Assembly: GCA_963808625.1 (NCBI GenBank)
Contig: CAWEHK010000053.1
Location: 1 to 60,626, forward strand
Direction: 5' to 3'
DNA from: an uncultured delta proteobacterium
Lineage (GTDB): Bacteria > Desulfobacterota > Syntrophobacteria > Syntrophobacterales > Syntrophobacteraceae
Length of the DNA: 60,626 nt
Shown: positions 40,798 to 52,943 of the stretch, in pieces
Layout: each line of letters begins with the position of its first letter
Numbering within the stretch: position 1 is the stretch's first letter
Made by a program: the position numbers and the translations under genes
The notes under the pieces: generated by a model
Told to the model about the DNA's origin: nothing
Seen by the model: only the letters and a program-made list of their open reading frames with translations
Databases searched by the model: none

Positions 40798-41106
40798 TTA
40801 ACCCTTCTTCAGTTCTTCGATCAGCTCTTCAACTTCCTCGGCGCCCTCGGCATAAAACTTTTCTTCATCGGGGGCAAGCTCCTTCAGGAGACGCAAGAAC
40901 TCGCCGGCATGGACCCGCTCCTCGTCGGCGATGTCCTTGAGGACCGCAATGGCAAGCTTATTGTCCGTTGATTCAGCGAGTTGCAGGTAGAGCTGAACCG
41001 CCTCATACTCTGCAGCCACCATGAAGCGGATCGCTCGAACCAACTCCTCGTTGCTCAGCTTCCTGCTGTTGGCGAGACCTGAGAATGGCGAACCGAATTC
41101 CGGCAT
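40798..41106 (-). CDS. Small ferritin-like/rubrerythrin family protein
   Basis: AAEYEAVQLY and DIADEERVHAGEF di-iron motifs; AGGAG RBS. Confidence 0.88.
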   Translation of the reverse strand: MPEFGSPFSGLANSRKLSNEELVRAIRFMVAAEYEAVQLYLQLAESTDNKLAIAVLKDIADEERVHAGEFLRLLKELAPDEEKFYAEGAEEVEELIEELKKG

Positions 41107-41672
41107 AAGCAACTCTCCTTTCTTTTGAGACGGGTGAGACCTCGTCTGCAATTGTGTTGACCATGCTGCAGACACCCTGCGGGGGTGAGCAGACCATTGG
41201 GCATCGCCGGCGGTACCGAAAGATGCACCCATGCGCTCGATTCCAACGGAATCGTTCGCCTTTGGCCGGCTGGAGCAAAACGTGACAACCTGATGAGAAT
41301 ATTGTCACCTCTCTAACATACGCAGATGCTTAGGTTCCTTACCGAAATGCCATCATTTATCGACCGGCGGCACACCTTAGATTACAATATTCTCAAATAG
41401 ACTCTTAAAAACCACCTGTTCCCATCACGGGCTGCGCCTTTCAAGCGGTCCTAACCAATCGTGGTGCTTCATCATATCTTTATTATCACTCCTTCTCACC
41501 GTTCATGGCACAAGGTGTGCAACACTGTGGACATCAAATTTCTGAGGGCCACAATAGCACATGGCCGAATCTCAGGAGCCGAAGCAGAGCCAGAGAGGGG
41601 ACCCCTGTTCTACCATCTTGCAGTCCCTGAGTTCGTCGCAACCATGTATAGAAGGGAAAGGATGAGGGCATT

Positions 41673-42032
41673 ATGGCACCTTGCGCAAATCCCATACCAT
41701 CAAAGGTCGCAAAGAGTCCGCTCAAGGTGGAACGAAAAGTCATGTGCGCCGACTACGACGGTTGTCTTGATAAGGCCGTCAAGAGAAAGTGGGCCGGCTT
41801 TTCATGTCTCAAATGCAGAGCCTATAGCCCCATCCAGTTCGACTCGACGGAATGGCTTGCAGATTCTCTCGCGTGCCTTGCCTTGATGTGCGTTGCCGGC
41901 TTCGAGAGCAGCTGCAAACATAAACCCCGCGGGGGCATCGTCATGCAATTTCAGCGCGAAGCAAGAATGCCTCAGTGGGACTTGTTGCTGGGTAAGGAAA
42001 AGGCAGTTGTAGACCGGCAAAGGACTATTTGA
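41673..42032 (+). CDS. Cys-rich hypothetical protein
   Basis: GAGG RBS; C..YDGCLD..W.GFSCLKC motif. Confidence 0.55.
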   Translation: MAPCANPIPSKVAKSPLKVERKVMCADYDGCLDKAVKRKWAGFSCLKCRAYSPIQFDSTEWLADSLACLALMCVAGFESSCKHKPRGGIVMQFQREARMPQWDLLLGKEKAVVDRQRTI

Positions 42033-42082
42033 CCGCCACTTTTACATGGCATAGAGTTGACCACCTCTTTTCATTCCTCAGA

Positions 42083-43664
42083 CTAACCCGTTCGAAAATG
42101 CCAGGCATCCTCACCATTCAATGCGCGATGGACCTGAAGGCACCCGCGCCAGTTGCCATCATCCTGTTGTGGAAAATCTTCCCGAAAATGAGCGCCGCGG
42201 CTCTCACTCCTCCTCAGGGCCCCCTCAAGGATGAGCGCAGCTACTCTTGTCGCCGTGCGCATTTCAATGGCGTTTCTTACCCCGCAGCCGCCATGCTCAG
42301 GGGATGATCCCCGCAATTCCTCGGACATCTCCCTCACGACGGCCAAAGCCCTCGCCAAACCTTGCCTGTTTCTTATGACACCCCCGTCATGCCACATGAG
42401 CTTGCCGAGTCTGTCGCGAAAGTCAGCCCCGGTCGACCCGACCCTTCCCCATCCCAGAGAGCGCTCTGCAAGCGTTCCAAAAGTGATTGCTCGTTGTAAG
42501 CGGAGCTCTGCTTTGCCCATTCTGCGGCGGCGGTTCCCGCTCTTGCCCCAAAAACCAGGGTTTCGCTCAGAGCGTTTCCTCCCATGCGGTTGGCGCCGTG
42601 GAGCCCTCCCGCCACTTCCCCGGCAGCAAATAATCCCGGGACCGTCGTCACCCCCCGGTGATCGATGCTGACCCCTCCCATGACATGGTGAGCCACGGGC
42701 GCCACACGCAACGGGCGGCGCCTTGCCCCATAGCGCTCCCCGAGGAGATGTCTCAGCGCAGACGAAAAGGGGTCGATCTGCCAGTTCTCGTCGGACAGAC
42801 CCTGGAGATGCAGCCAGACATCGAGACCGTCTCGATAAATTTCTTTAAAAAGGGCCTGCGAGAGTCGATCCCGCGCTCGTTCAGCGGCAGGCCGCTCGTC
42901 GATGCCGTATTTTTCGAGAAGGTCCTCTCCGCGTCCGTTCAGCAGCCGACCGCAATCAGCCAGACGGGGAGGGATTACCAGGGGTGGGTGCCCGGGTTCA
43001 GCCAGCGCCAGAGGATAGAACTGGACAAATTCCATGTCCTGCAGGGTGGCTCCGGCCTCGAGGGCCAGGCGATATCCGTCACCCAACATCCGTTTCGGAT
43101 TGTCATGACGGTGGTAGAGGGCAGCAGCGCCACCTGTCGCCAGGACTAAGGCCTTCGCGGTGAGAGCAACCCAGGCTTGGGCAACTTCGTCGTAGCCGTT
43201 GACCCCGATCGCTCCCCGGTGCGCGACCAGATCAGCGACCAGCATGTTCCCTGTGAACCGGGTCCCCAGCTCATTATTCCTTTTCAAGAGGCAGCGAACG
43301 AGTTCCTCTCCCAGCACGGGAGCTCGGCCTCCGGCATAAAGATACCCTTCTGTAACTCCGCATGGATACCCCAGCCCATGAGCTCATGCAATCTCAGAGG
43401 CGCTTCCGCGACGAGAATCTCTACCAGTTCGCGCTGATTGATTCCCCGCCCGGCCAGAAGAGTGCGCTCCAAATGATCATCGGTGGTTGCGCCTTCCGGC
43501 GTGCCGGCCATCACCCCGCCACTGAACCAGGTGCAGGTGGCCTTGCCCGGCATACCCTTCGATACGACCAGGACCTCAAGCCCCATTTCGCGTGCTGAGA
43601 TGGCCGCCCGTAGCCCTGCACCGCCGCTGCCCAATACCAGAACATCGCAGGAAAGATGCTCCAT
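42083..43664 (-). CDS. FAD-dependent oxidoreductase, SdhA/FrdA/NadB family (frameshifted)
   Basis: VLGSGGAGLRAA, LATGG, DMEFVQFYP, HHVMGG, AAGEVAGGLHGANRMGGNAL and RSESRGAHFREDFP motifs. Confidence 0.88.
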
Positions 43665-44142
43665 GCCTACCTCCTCGAGATGGAAACAGGGGAGTGGTCA
43701 GAAATCAATTTCATCGCCTTGCTCCAGGAGGCTATCCTATTAAGGCTTGAAATCCAAGGAATTTGACCTCGTTCTGCCGGGGCAAAACATCCGCAAGGAG
43801 GGGGAGATGAAAAAACTTGACATCCGACATTCCGAAAGATACTCTACCGCAAAACTAGGATTAATCAGAAAGGTGGTGGTGGTGGCGTGCAGATGATAAT
43901 GGACGACGAATACGACATGTGTAGTTACAGCGCCTGCGATCATGCGGACAACGAAATCGGTAGCGGTATGCTCGAGTTGATGTCCATGACTGCACTGCAC
44001 GCCTCACCCCTTTTTTTTCAAATGGTGCAGTAGTCTCACACCGCTCCATCCTTACCCTCTTTGTTTGTCCTGCCTGGTGGCTGTAACCAGCCGTTGCCGC
44101 AGTGCGCCCGTTCAAGAACCCGGTCAATTCAGGAGAACCGCT

Positions 44143-45369
44143 GTGGGAAAGACTATTGAGGAAATCAACGAGAAGATTGCCAGAGGGCAGGCCGTGGTGT
44201 TCAACGCGGAGGAGATTATCGAGGTCGTGAAAGCCAAAGGACTCAAAAAGGCTGCGGAAGAGGTCGATGTCGTGACGACCGGCACTTTCGCGCCAATGTG
44301 CTCGTCCGGGGCCTATTTCAATGTCGGTCATACGAACCCGCGGATCAAAATCGGAGGTGGCTCGGCAACGCTTAACGGGGTCCCGGTTTACACCGGATTT
44401 GCGGCCGTCGATCTCGTGCTTGGTGCTACCGCCATGCCGGACGAAGATCCGCGGAACCGAATCCACCCCGGGAAGTTTCCCTATGGCGGTGCCCACGTGA
44501 TTGAGGAGCTGGTAGCGGGGAAAGATGTGCTCCTTGCCGCCACTGCCTACGGCACCGACTGTTACCCCCGCACCAGGCTGGAGACCTGGATAAGGCTCGA
44601 GGACATGAATCAGGCAATGCTCTTCAACATCCGCAATGCCTACCAGAATTATAACGTGGCGGTGAACCTTTCCGACCGCATCATCTACACCTACATGGGG
44701 GTGCTGCAGCCGAAGATGCGCAATGCAAATTACTGCAGCGCCGGGCAGCTCAGTCCTCTGCTCAACGATCCCCTGTACCGCACCCTCGGGCTCGGCACGC
44801 GCATTTTTCTTGGGGGCGGGGTGGGTTACGTGGTGGGTTCAGGCACCCAGCACAATCCGACAGTGCCTCGCACGGCCGGCGGCGTTCCGCGGATGGGGGC
44901 CGGCACCCTTGCGGTAACCGGAGATTTGAAACAGATGAGCGCCAGCTGGCTCCGTGGTGCTTCCTTCACCGGATATGGCGTCACTCTTGCGGTGGGAATC
45001 GGAGTGCCGATTCCGATTCTCGACGAGGAGACTCTCCATTACGCGGCCGTGGCCGATGCCGATATCGTCGCTCAAATCGTGGATTACAGCGAGGCCTATC
45101 CGAACTGCGTGCCGGGGAGCCTGGGCGAAGTGACCTATGCGGAACTGAAGTCAGGCTCGATTGCCGTGAATGGTAAGAAGGTGTCTACTGCCGGGCTGTC
45201 TTCCTATGCCGGAGCCAAGGAAATTGCCAATACCTTGAAGCAGTGGCTCGAGAACGGCTCCTTTTTCCTGACGGGCCCGGTGGCGCCGCTGCCTTCTGCC
45301 GATTCGGGGATTACCTTCAAACCGCTCAAGGAAAGGCCGGTCAAGAATAATAAGGTGGGAGTCCACTAA
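44143..45369 (+). CDS. DUF39 homocysteine biosynthesis protein (L-aspartate semialdehyde sulfurtransferase, MA1821-like)
   Basis: KTIEEINEKI, VDVVTTGTFAPMCSSGA, RNAYQNY, GQLSPLLNDP and GTQHNP motifs. Confidence 0.92.
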   Translation: MGKTIEEINEKIARGQAVVFNAEEIIEVVKAKGLKKAAEEVDVVTTGTFAPMCSSGAYFNVGHTNPRIKIGGGSATLNGVPVYTGFAAVDLVLGATAMPDEDPRNRIHPGKFPYGGAHVIEELVAGKDVLLAATAYGTDCYPRTRLETWIRLEDMNQAMLFNIRNAYQNYNVAVNLSDRIIYTYMGVLQPKMRNANYCSAGQLSPLLNDPLYRTLGLGTRIFLGGGVGYVVGSGTQHNPTVPRTAGGVPRMGAGTLAVTGDLKQMSASWLRGASFTGYGVTLAVGIGVPIPILDEETLHYAAVADADIVAQIVDYSEAYPNCVPGSLGEVTYAELKSGSIAVNGKKVSTAGLSSYAGAKEIANTLKQWLENGSFFLTGPVAPLPSADSGITFKPLKERPVKNNKVGVH

Positions 45370-45419
45370 GGACCCATCCCCCTGTTGGCCGCCATCAAAC
45401 GCATTTGGGAGGATTCAGC

Positions 45420-45827
45420 ATGGCAAAAAAGCGATTGGTTCTCAGCTTTCCGGTACACTTGATTGATCAGCCGGTCACCTATCAACTGGTCAAGAAATAC
45501 GACCTGATGGTAAACATTCTGAGGGCACGGGTGACGCCTAACGAGGAAGGTCGCCTGACGGTCGAGATCTCAGGCAAGAAAAGTAATCTCGACAAAGGCT
45601 TACGTTTTATCAGCGAACTGGGAGTGAACTTTCAACCCTTGGCTCAGGAGGTCCGCTGGCATGAAGATCGCTGCATCGGGTGCACGGCCTGCACCTCCAT
45701 CTGCCCCACGGCGGCGCTCAGCGTGGCGAGGCCCGAAATGCTGGTCTCTTTCACCCAAGACAAGTGCATCGCCTGTGAACTGTGTGTCCCGGTCTGTCCG
45801 TACCGGGCCGTAGAGATTATTTCTTAA
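45420..45827 (+). CDS. NIL domain + 2x4Fe-4S ferredoxin (MA1822-like partner)
   Basis: NIL domain (VNILRARVTP) plus CIGCTACTSICP and CIACELCVPVCP. Confidence 0.9.
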   Translation: MAKKRLVLSFPVHLIDQPVTYQLVKKYDLMVNILRARVTPNEEGRLTVEISGKKSNLDKGLRFISELGVNFQPLAQEVRWHEDRCIGCTACTSICPTAALSVARPEMLVSFTQDKCIACELCVPVCPYRAVEIIS

Positions 45828-45906
45828 TTTCGGATTTTCGATTTCGGATTTCGGATTTCGGATTTTGGATCTGGGATTTTTGATTTTGGATTGTGAATTG
45901 CGGAAT
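45828..45906. repeat. Degenerate heptamer tandem array (ATTTCGG)n
   Basis: About 11 units starting right at the NIL-ferredoxin stop; a weaker inverse run lies near 45995-46025. Confidence 0.85.
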
Positions 45907-46049
45907 GACACAAGGTGATTTGGGAGAACTTTTCGAACACCCTCTTAACAAGCCAGGATGAGGCGGGCTTTCAAGATTTCGGAGCACGGAGCGAACAACT
46001 CGAACTCCGCTCTCCGAATTCCGCGAGACTTTCGCTCAAACCGCGTAAA

Positions 46050-46343
46050 TCAAGCACTGAAATAGAAGGGTTCCCCCATTTCCTCGAAGGTGAAATTAAG
46101 GAACACATGATGGCCGTCAATATCGAGTATGCGCAAGTCATCGGTTTGAGAGAGATCACCCATGATTACTGAAAAATGGGTGCCGTAGCGTTGTTTGACT
46201 TTTTCGACGGGTACTTCGTAGGCGATGAACTTCTTCATTCCCCTGGCCTTCAGCTTTTCTGCCAGCCTGGGTTCCTTCAGGGACTCGTAGGTCGTTAAAA
46301 TAAGGATGGGCCCTGTTCCTGTGAAAATAACTCCTGCTTTCAT
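46050..46343 (-). CDS. Conserved small cytosolic hypothetical protein
   Basis: Intact 97 aa ORF with AGGAG/GGGAG RBS; MKAGVIFTGTGPILILT..KKFIAYEVP. Confidence 0.75.
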   Translation of the reverse strand: MKAGVIFTGTGPILILTTYESLKEPRLAEKLKARGMKKFIAYEVPVEKVKQRYGTHFSVIMGDLSQTDDLRILDIDGHHVFLNFTFEEMGEPFYFSA

Positions 46344-46624
46344 CTCCCTTCTCCTTTCCTGGTTAATGGTTAAATACCTGCGCGATCCTCACCCTGCCGG
46401 ACCATTTGCCTACCACTAACATCTTCAGGAGCGAAACCAAGCGGGATTCAGGTTGAGATGCTTTTGCAGTCGCATTAAAAACAAGCCGCTGTTGAGATTC
46501 AGCATTCATTAATTAAATTGTATAACGGAATCACCCTTTGTCAAGGAACTTCACTTTCGTGTGAAGACCTGTTTTGACCATGAAAGATTGTAATCTTCAG
46601 GAACAGAGAAAGGATGGCAGGAAG

Positions 46625-47551
46625 ATGACCGGCATATTTTCGGATGTCACCATGACCGTAGGCAGGACGCCCCTGGTTAGACTCAACGCGATTGCCAGGG
46701 GCCTGCAGGCGCAAATTCTGGCGAAGCTGGAATTTCAGAACCCGCTGGGAAGCGTCAAAGACCGCATCGGGGTAGCCATGATTCAGGCTGCGGAGGCGCA
46801 GGGGCTCATTCTGAGGGATACCCTGATCGTGGAACCAACCAGCGGCAACACGGGCATTGCCCTGGCTTTTGTCTGTGCCGCCAGGAAATACCGCCTTCTC
46901 CTGACCATGCCGGAGACCATGAGCATCGAACGGCGGAAACTGCTGAAGCACCTCGGAGCTGAGGTGGTTCTAACGCCGGGAAGCGAGGGGATGAAAGGGG
47001 CGATCAGCAAGGCTCGGGAAATCCTCTCCCAGAACCCACGCGCGTTCATGCCGGACCAGTTTGCCAACCCGGCAAATCCCGAAATCCATCGGCGCACGAC
47101 CGCCGAAGAGATCTGGCAGGACACCGGAGGAGCGGCCGACATCCTGGTCGCCGGCGTGGGAACGGGGGGAACGATCACGGGGGTTGCCGAGGTCATCAAG
47201 CAGCGCAAGCCGGCATTTCGGGCGGTGGCCGTGGAACCGGCCGCATCCCCGGTGCTTTCCGGAGGTGAGCCCGGGCCTCACAAGATCCAGGGAATCGGCG
47301 CCGGGTTTGTCCCGGCGGTGCTGAACACCGGCATCATCGACGAGATCATCACCGTGAGTAATGAGGAGGCTTTCGAGACCGCGAGAGCGGTGGCAAAAAC
47401 CGAAGGGATTCTCTGCGGGATTTCCTCCGGCGCCGCCGTCACCGCTGCTCTTCAGTTAGCGAAGCGGGTGGAGAACAAAGGCAAACTGATCGTGGCCATC
47501 CTGCCGAGCACCGGTGAGCGATATCTCAGCACCGAACTCTTTCGGGACTAA
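46625..47551 (+). CDS. cysK: Cysteine synthase A
   Basis: NPLGSVKDR (PLP Lys), [24 protein letters not shown] and ERYLST motifs. Confidence 0.96.
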   Translation: MTGIFSDVTMTVGRTPLVRLNAIARGLQAQILAKLEFQNPLGSVKDRIGVAMIQAAEAQGLILRDTLIVEPTSGNTGIALAFVCAARKYRLLLTMPETMSIERRKLLKHLGAEVVLTPGSEGMKGAISKAREILSQNPRAFMPDQFANPANPEIHRRTTAEEIWQDTGGAADILVAGVGTGGTITGVAEVIKQRKPAFRAVAVEPAASPVLSGGEPGPHKIQGIGAGFVPAVLNTGIIDEIITVSNEEAFETARAVAKTEGILCGISSGAAVTAALQLAKRVENKGKLIVAILPSTGERYLSTELFRD

Positions 47552-47598
47552 AACTATCTCAAAATGGCAAAACCCCTTCTTTCAAATATTGAAATCCA

Positions 47599-48557
47599 TC
47601 AGGAGTCCACCAGGCAGAGGATGGCTCCCTTGAGGTTCTGCAAAATCTTGTTGGCATGGCTGCCCAGCAGAAAGGGCTTCTTTTCCTGGAAACTGCGCTT
47701 CCCCATGACTACGAGCTGATACTCCCCGATCGCAATTTCGTTGAGCAGGTCTCGGGCAATGCCCTCTTTTACCGGTTGAATGACCAGGTTCACCTGTTGC
47801 TCCGGCACTCCTTTTTCAATGAGCAACCCGCGGCCTTCTGTCATGAATTTTTCAATTCTTTGCCGGTACTCGAGTCGCCACTTTTCGATGCCGGCCTGGC
47901 GCTCCCTTTGCTCTGCAGGCCCCAGGATGTGCCCATCATCCCAGAAGGTTGGAGGCACCGGCGGGATCAGGTGAAGAAAGGTGATACTCCAGGCCGGGGA
48001 TGGGTGCGATAAACTCCGCCCAGGTAGGCGCTCAGGGCATGGCCATCCGGGATCCCCTCCATGGGCACGAGGACCTTCCGGGAATCATGAACCGGAGTAT
48101 CAACAATCCAGACCGCATGGCTCGTTGCATAGTGCGCCACCTTACTGGAGACGCTCCCCAGCAGAAGGTTCCTCACCTGGCTCACACCGCGCCGTCCCAC
48201 CGCGATCGTTCGGATCTTCTCACTGTCCGCCTCAGCCAGGATATCTTGTGCCGGGTCCGTGCTGAGAGCCTTCATTTTGAACGCGATCCGGCTCTCGGGA
48301 AACCCGATGGCAAGAAGACGGCGCCGGCATTCCTCGAAGATCACTTCGCCGCAGCGCTCTTGATCTGCCTTGGTGAGCACGCAGGATGCTTCCAGCCCGG
48401 CACAGAGTTCTCCCGGCAGCAGTGCGGAGAGCTCCTGCACACAGTGAAAGAGCACCAGGTGGAAATCGGGATGTTCCCTGACCAGGCCGCCGACAATCGA
48501 AACTGCCTCAAACCCTCGCTGCGACCCATCAACTGCCAGCAGTATCTTCTGTGCCAT
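47599..48557 (-). CDS. Tandem universal stress protein (one frameshift)
   Basis: KILLAVDGS, VGRRG..LLGSVSSKV and second domain VMGKR..LLGSHANKI. Confidence 0.88.
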
Positions 48558-48569
48558 GACCGGTCTCCT

Positions 48570-50531
48570 TCAAGGCGATGTGCCCCGACCGTCACGGCCA
48601 TTGGGCGCCGGTTCATGGGAAAAGAAAGCGCCGATCGGTTCTATCTGGTGAACCACGCGGCACGGGGGCAGGCTCTTGAGGAACGTCTGACCATAGCTTT
48701 TGGTGCGCAGGCGAATATCAAATATGGCAATGACGCCACGATCCTGAGAAGAGCGAATGAGACGTCCTACTCCCTGTTTCAACTGGATGATAGCCCTTGG
48801 GACCTGATAATGGAAGAAAGGGTTTTTGCCCTGCTTTGCCAGGTGTTCCATCCGGGCGGCAATGAGGGGATCGTCCGGCACCTCGAAGGGAAGCTTATCG
48901 ATCAGGAGGCAGCTCAGGGCCTCGCCGGGGACGTCGACACCCTGCCAGAAGGAACTGGTGGCAAGCAGCACCGAATCAACTTGTTCTTTGAATTCGGCAA
49001 GAAGGATGCGTTTCGGTTTTTGTCCCTGCATCAGCACGGTGAAGGGAAGGTGGTCCCGAAGCTTCTCGTGGACCTCGTTCATGTTCCGGTAACTGGTGAA
49101 GAGGAGCAGCGCACGGCCCTGGCTTTTCATGAGAATTTCCAGGGCTTCCCGCGCGAGCTGCGTGCAGAAGCGCGGGTCCTGCGGCTCCGGGAAGTCGGAA
49201 GGAATGTACAGGAGCGCCTGGGTCTTGAAACAGAACGGCGAGGAAAGGATCTTTTCTTTGCTCTCGGGGGGAATTCCAAGGGCGTCTCGCAGGAAGGCGA
49301 AGGAACCGCCGACTGACAGCGTGGCGGAGGTGAAGACCGACGCGGGCGTTTTGGCGAATATTTCCTGCTGCAGGATGGCGTCGATCTGGACCGGAGTACC
49401 ATGAAGAAAAACCGCGTGCTGATTCACTTCATACCAGTAAACAAGGGAGGCATTCCGCTGTTCGAGGATTTCCTGAATCGCCGAAGCCGACTCCAGACTG
49501 CGATTGATCAACGATTCACTGACCGGGGTCTGATCGACGGAGGGTGACAGGAGGGCGCTCAGTTGTTCGAGCGCACCGATGGCCTGCTTGGCGGTTATGG
49601 GAAATTCGCGCCCGACCCGCTCGAGGTCCAACGGGTAGCGGCCCTGGGACTTGTGCAGGCGATGAAAGTGATGATGCAGCTGGCGGCCAAGGACCTCCAG
49701 TTGCCTGGCGATATTGCGAATTGCCTGGAGGTTGCCCGCGTTCTTGAGCTCCTTTTGGCAGTGGCGGTCAAGATCGCGCACCAGTTCGGAGATCATCAGG
49801 TTGCTGAACTGCACGCCGAAATAAGCCCCAACGATGTCTTCCAGTTGATGGGCTTCATCGAAGATAACCGCATCATACGGAGGGAGGACTCCGGCGCCTT
49901 TCTTCCGCAGGGCCAGATCAGCGAAAAAGAGATGATGGTTGACCACCACGAGATCAGCCCGGGCGGCTTCACTGCGAATCCGGCTAAGGAAGCAGTGGGG
50001 CTGCTCGTCGCACTTTTGTCCCAGGCATTGGTCACTGTTGGAGCTTACTTCATTCCAAAACTGGTAATGGTCCGGGAGCCATGGAATTTCCGAACGGTCC
50101 CCGGTTTTCGTTCGGGCCGCCCATTGCTGGAAGCGGCGGAAGGATTTCGCTTCCTCCCGGTTCCAGAAGGTCGGCTGATAGGTGAAATCCTTGAAACGCC
50201 GCCGGCACAGATAATTCTTGCGGCCTTTCAGGCAGACTGCCTGCAGGCGGGGAGAAACGATCCCTTTGAGGATGGGAATGTCGTGATCCAGGATCTGGTC
50301 CTGGAGGGTCTTGGTGCCGGTTGAAACGATGACCTTCTTGCCGCTCAGAATTGCCGGGATGAGATACGCCCAGGTCTTGCCGGTTCCCGTGCCGGCTTCG
50401 ACGAGAAGAGGCGCGTCCCCGGTCAGGCAGGTGAAAACGCATTGGGCCATCTCGAGTTGCGAGGCCCGAAATTCGAAGGAGGGGATCTTGGTGGAGAGCA
50501 GTCCTTCGGGTCCAAAATAACGCTGCATCAT
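48570..50531 (-). CDS. ATP-dependent DNA helicase, DinG/YoaA family
   Basis: EAGTGTGKT, KGRKNYLC, FDEAHQLE, TSATL, FWQGVDVPG and KQGVGRLIRS motifs. Confidence 0.93.
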   Translation of the reverse strand: MMQRYFGPEGLLSTKIPSFEFRASQLEMAQCVFTCLTGDAPLLVEAGTGTGKTWAYLIPAILSGKKVIVSTGTKTLQDQILDHDIPILKGIVSPRLQAVCLKGRKNYLCRRRFKDFTYQPTFWNREEAKSFRRFQQWAARTKTGDRSEIPWLPDHYQFWNEVSSNSDQCLGQKCDEQPHCFLSRIRSEAARADLVVVNHHLFFADLALRKKGAGVLPPYDAVIFDEAHQLEDIVGAYFGVQFSNLMISELVRDLDRHCQKELKNAGNLQAIRNIARQLEVLGRQLHHHFHRLHKSQGRYPLDLERVGREFPITAKQAIGALEQLSALLSPSVDQTPVSESLINRSLESASAIQEILEQRNASLVYWYEVNQHAVFLHGTPVQIDAILQQEIFAKTPASVFTSATLSVGGSFAFLRDALGIPPESKEKILSSPFCFKTQALLYIPSDFPEPQDPRFCTQLAREALEILMKSQGRALLLFTSYRNMNEVHEKLRDHLPFTVLMQGQKPKRILLAEFKEQVDSVLLATSSFWQGVDVPGEALSCLLIDKLPFEVPDDPLIAARMEHLAKQGKNPFFHYQVPRAIIQLKQGVGRLIRSSQDRGVIAIFDIRLRTKSYGQTFLKSLPPCRVVHQIEPIGAFFSHEPAPNGRDGRGTSP

Positions 50532-50556
50532 TCAGCTTTCAGTGAATGTTCCAAAA

Positions 50557-52943
50557 TCAGAAGAGGTCCGATTTGAAAAAGGATTCCGAAGCCGATGCCG
50601 GCGCATACGGAGGCAGGGGGAGTCTCCCCGTTCCTTATGCTGATCGACTCCGGAAGGCGGCGCTCCTGAAAATACCGCATAAACCCCGCTCGGATCATCC
50701 GCCCGCGTGACCATGCCCGGAATCGGCGTTCACCCTGGCAAAGACCACCCCGGGAGGAATGGGAAAGCTTTCCAGCGGGCTCATTTTTCATCCATTCCTT
50801 CATAAAGTACAACCAGATCGGGCAGGCGGCCCGGCCTCCCGTCTCGCCCTTGCCCAGCGACAGGGTGTGGTCATCATACCCCACCCAGACTCCCGCCAGC
50901 GTCGAAGGCGTATATCCGATGAACCAGGCATCTTTCATTTCGTTTGTCGTCCCGGTCTTTCCGGCTGCCGGTCGGCCAAGCTCCTTGGCTTTCTGCCCGG
51001 TGCCCTCCTCGATCACGCCCTGGAGCAAATTCGTCATGATGTAGGCCGTTTGCGGTGAGATCACGCTCTCCCTCGCCACCTGGTGCTCCTCGACCAGGCG
51101 GCCTTTGCGATCGAGGATCTTTTCGATGAGATAGGGCTCAACCCGCTCCCCCTGGTTGACAAAAGGCGAATAGGCGGTAAGCAGTTCCTGGAGGGTGACC
51201 CCGGATGCACCCAGGGCGAGCGAGAGCGTCGGCGTCAAGGGGGACGTGATGCCCAACTGCCTGGCGTAGTTGATGGCATAGTTTACGCCGATCTGCCCCA
51301 GCAGTTTCACGGTGACCACATTCCGCGAGTGAATCAGGGCCTTGCGCAAGGAGGATCGGTCCCCAGAACTGTTCGTCATAGTTGGCCGGCTTCCAGGGCC
51401 CCTTGAGGCTATGATCATCAAAGACAACGGGTGAATCGATGAGGATGGAAGCCTCGGTGAATCCCTTATCGAGAGCAGCCGAGTAGATGACGGGCTTGAA
51501 CGCGGAACCCGGTTGCCTGATGGCCTGGGTGGCACGGTTGAACTGGCTCTTTTCGAAGTCCCTGCCGCCAATCATGCAGAGCACCCTCCCGGTTTCCGGG
51601 ACCATTGCCAGGAGCGCCCCTTCCATGCCCGGGTCCTGTTCCAAAACCGTCAACCAGCTCTTGTCGTCCTGGAGCTTATCGAGGTGCACCCTGACCACAT
51701 CTCCAACTCGAAACATCTTGGTCGCGCGCTTATCAGACACCTGCGTCCATTGCCATCCTGAAGGCGGCAGCTTGGCCACTGCGTCACCCAATTGAAGCTG
51801 GCCGGTCTTGGTCTTGGGATCGTAGGAAGTCACCAGGGCGGCCACCACCTTGCCGGCGGTCAGCTCTCCGTTTCTTTCCGTAAGGACTTTCAACGTAGTC
51901 GGCCACTCCTCTTTCGCGACGTTGAGGTTGACGCCTCGATAGTGACTGTGGCGCTTATCAAGCTCCCTCAGTCCGCTATCGAGCGCCTTTTGGGCAATTT
52001 CCTGCGCTCGCACATCGAGCGTCGTGTAGATGGAAAGGCCTTCCTTGTAGAGTCCGTCGCGCCCATAGCGCGCCTCCACCTGGCGCCGGACTTCTTCGGT
52101 GAAGGCATTGAGCTCCTTCAAGGTCCAGTGTTTGGGCTTGGCAAACCGCAGGGGTTCGGCGAGAGCGTTTCGGGCCTCCTCGGAGGTGACGAAACCGACC
52201 TCGGCCATTCTTTTTAAAACGTATTCCTGGCGGTCTTTGGCGACCGAAAAGTTCTGCGTTGGTGAAAACCGGCTCGGCGCCTTGGGCAGGCCGGCAAGCA
52301 GGGCGGCTTCGGCAAGGCTCAGCTGGCCGACGTGCTTGTCAAAATACACGCGAGCGGCGGCTTCGACCCCATAAGCACCGGCCCCGAAGTAGATCTGGTT
52401 CAGGTAGAGGTAAAGGATTTCGTCCTTGCTCAGCGAATGATCGATGCGATAGGCCAGCACGGCCTCTTTCAGTTTCCGCATCCAGGTTTTCTCGGGCGTG
52501 AGCAGGAGCGATTTCACCACTTGCTGGGTGATGGTACTGCCGCCCTGCACGATTTCTCCGGCTTCAAGATTCTTTAACAAGGCGCGAATGATCCCGAGCA
52601 GGTCGACCCCCCCGTGTTCGTAGAAACGCACATCCTCCGAGGCCAGGAAAGCCTTCACCAGGTGGGGAGGAATTGCTTCCAGCGGCACCAGGAAACGGCG
52701 CTCGGTGTAAAATTCGCCGATCAGCGAGCCATCCGCAGCGTACACGCTGGAAACCAGCGGCGGATGATAGTTCTTGAGCGACTGAGTGCTCGGCAGCGAG
52801 CGGTCCAATTCGATGTAAAAGACCACAAGAGTAAGTCCGGCCACAACCACCGAACCTATAACCACGGCCAGAAGACCGTATGCAAGCCAGCGAAAAGGGC
52901 CCCGCTTTGCGGGCATTCGCTTGTACACCGGTGAACGTTTCAC
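50557..52943 (-). CDS. mrcA: Penicillin-binding protein 1A (frameshifted)
   Basis: SEDVRFYEH, QGGSTITQQ, YLNQIYFG, RQPGSAFKP, SRN and GKTGTT motifs. Confidence 0.92.

Noticed and set aside
40798..41106. Encapsulin cargo system
   Set aside because: No encapsulin shell gene is adjacent and no evident targeting peptide.
44000..44142. SAM riboswitch upstream of the homocysteine operon
   Set aside because: No SAM-I or SAM-II consensus elements were recognised.
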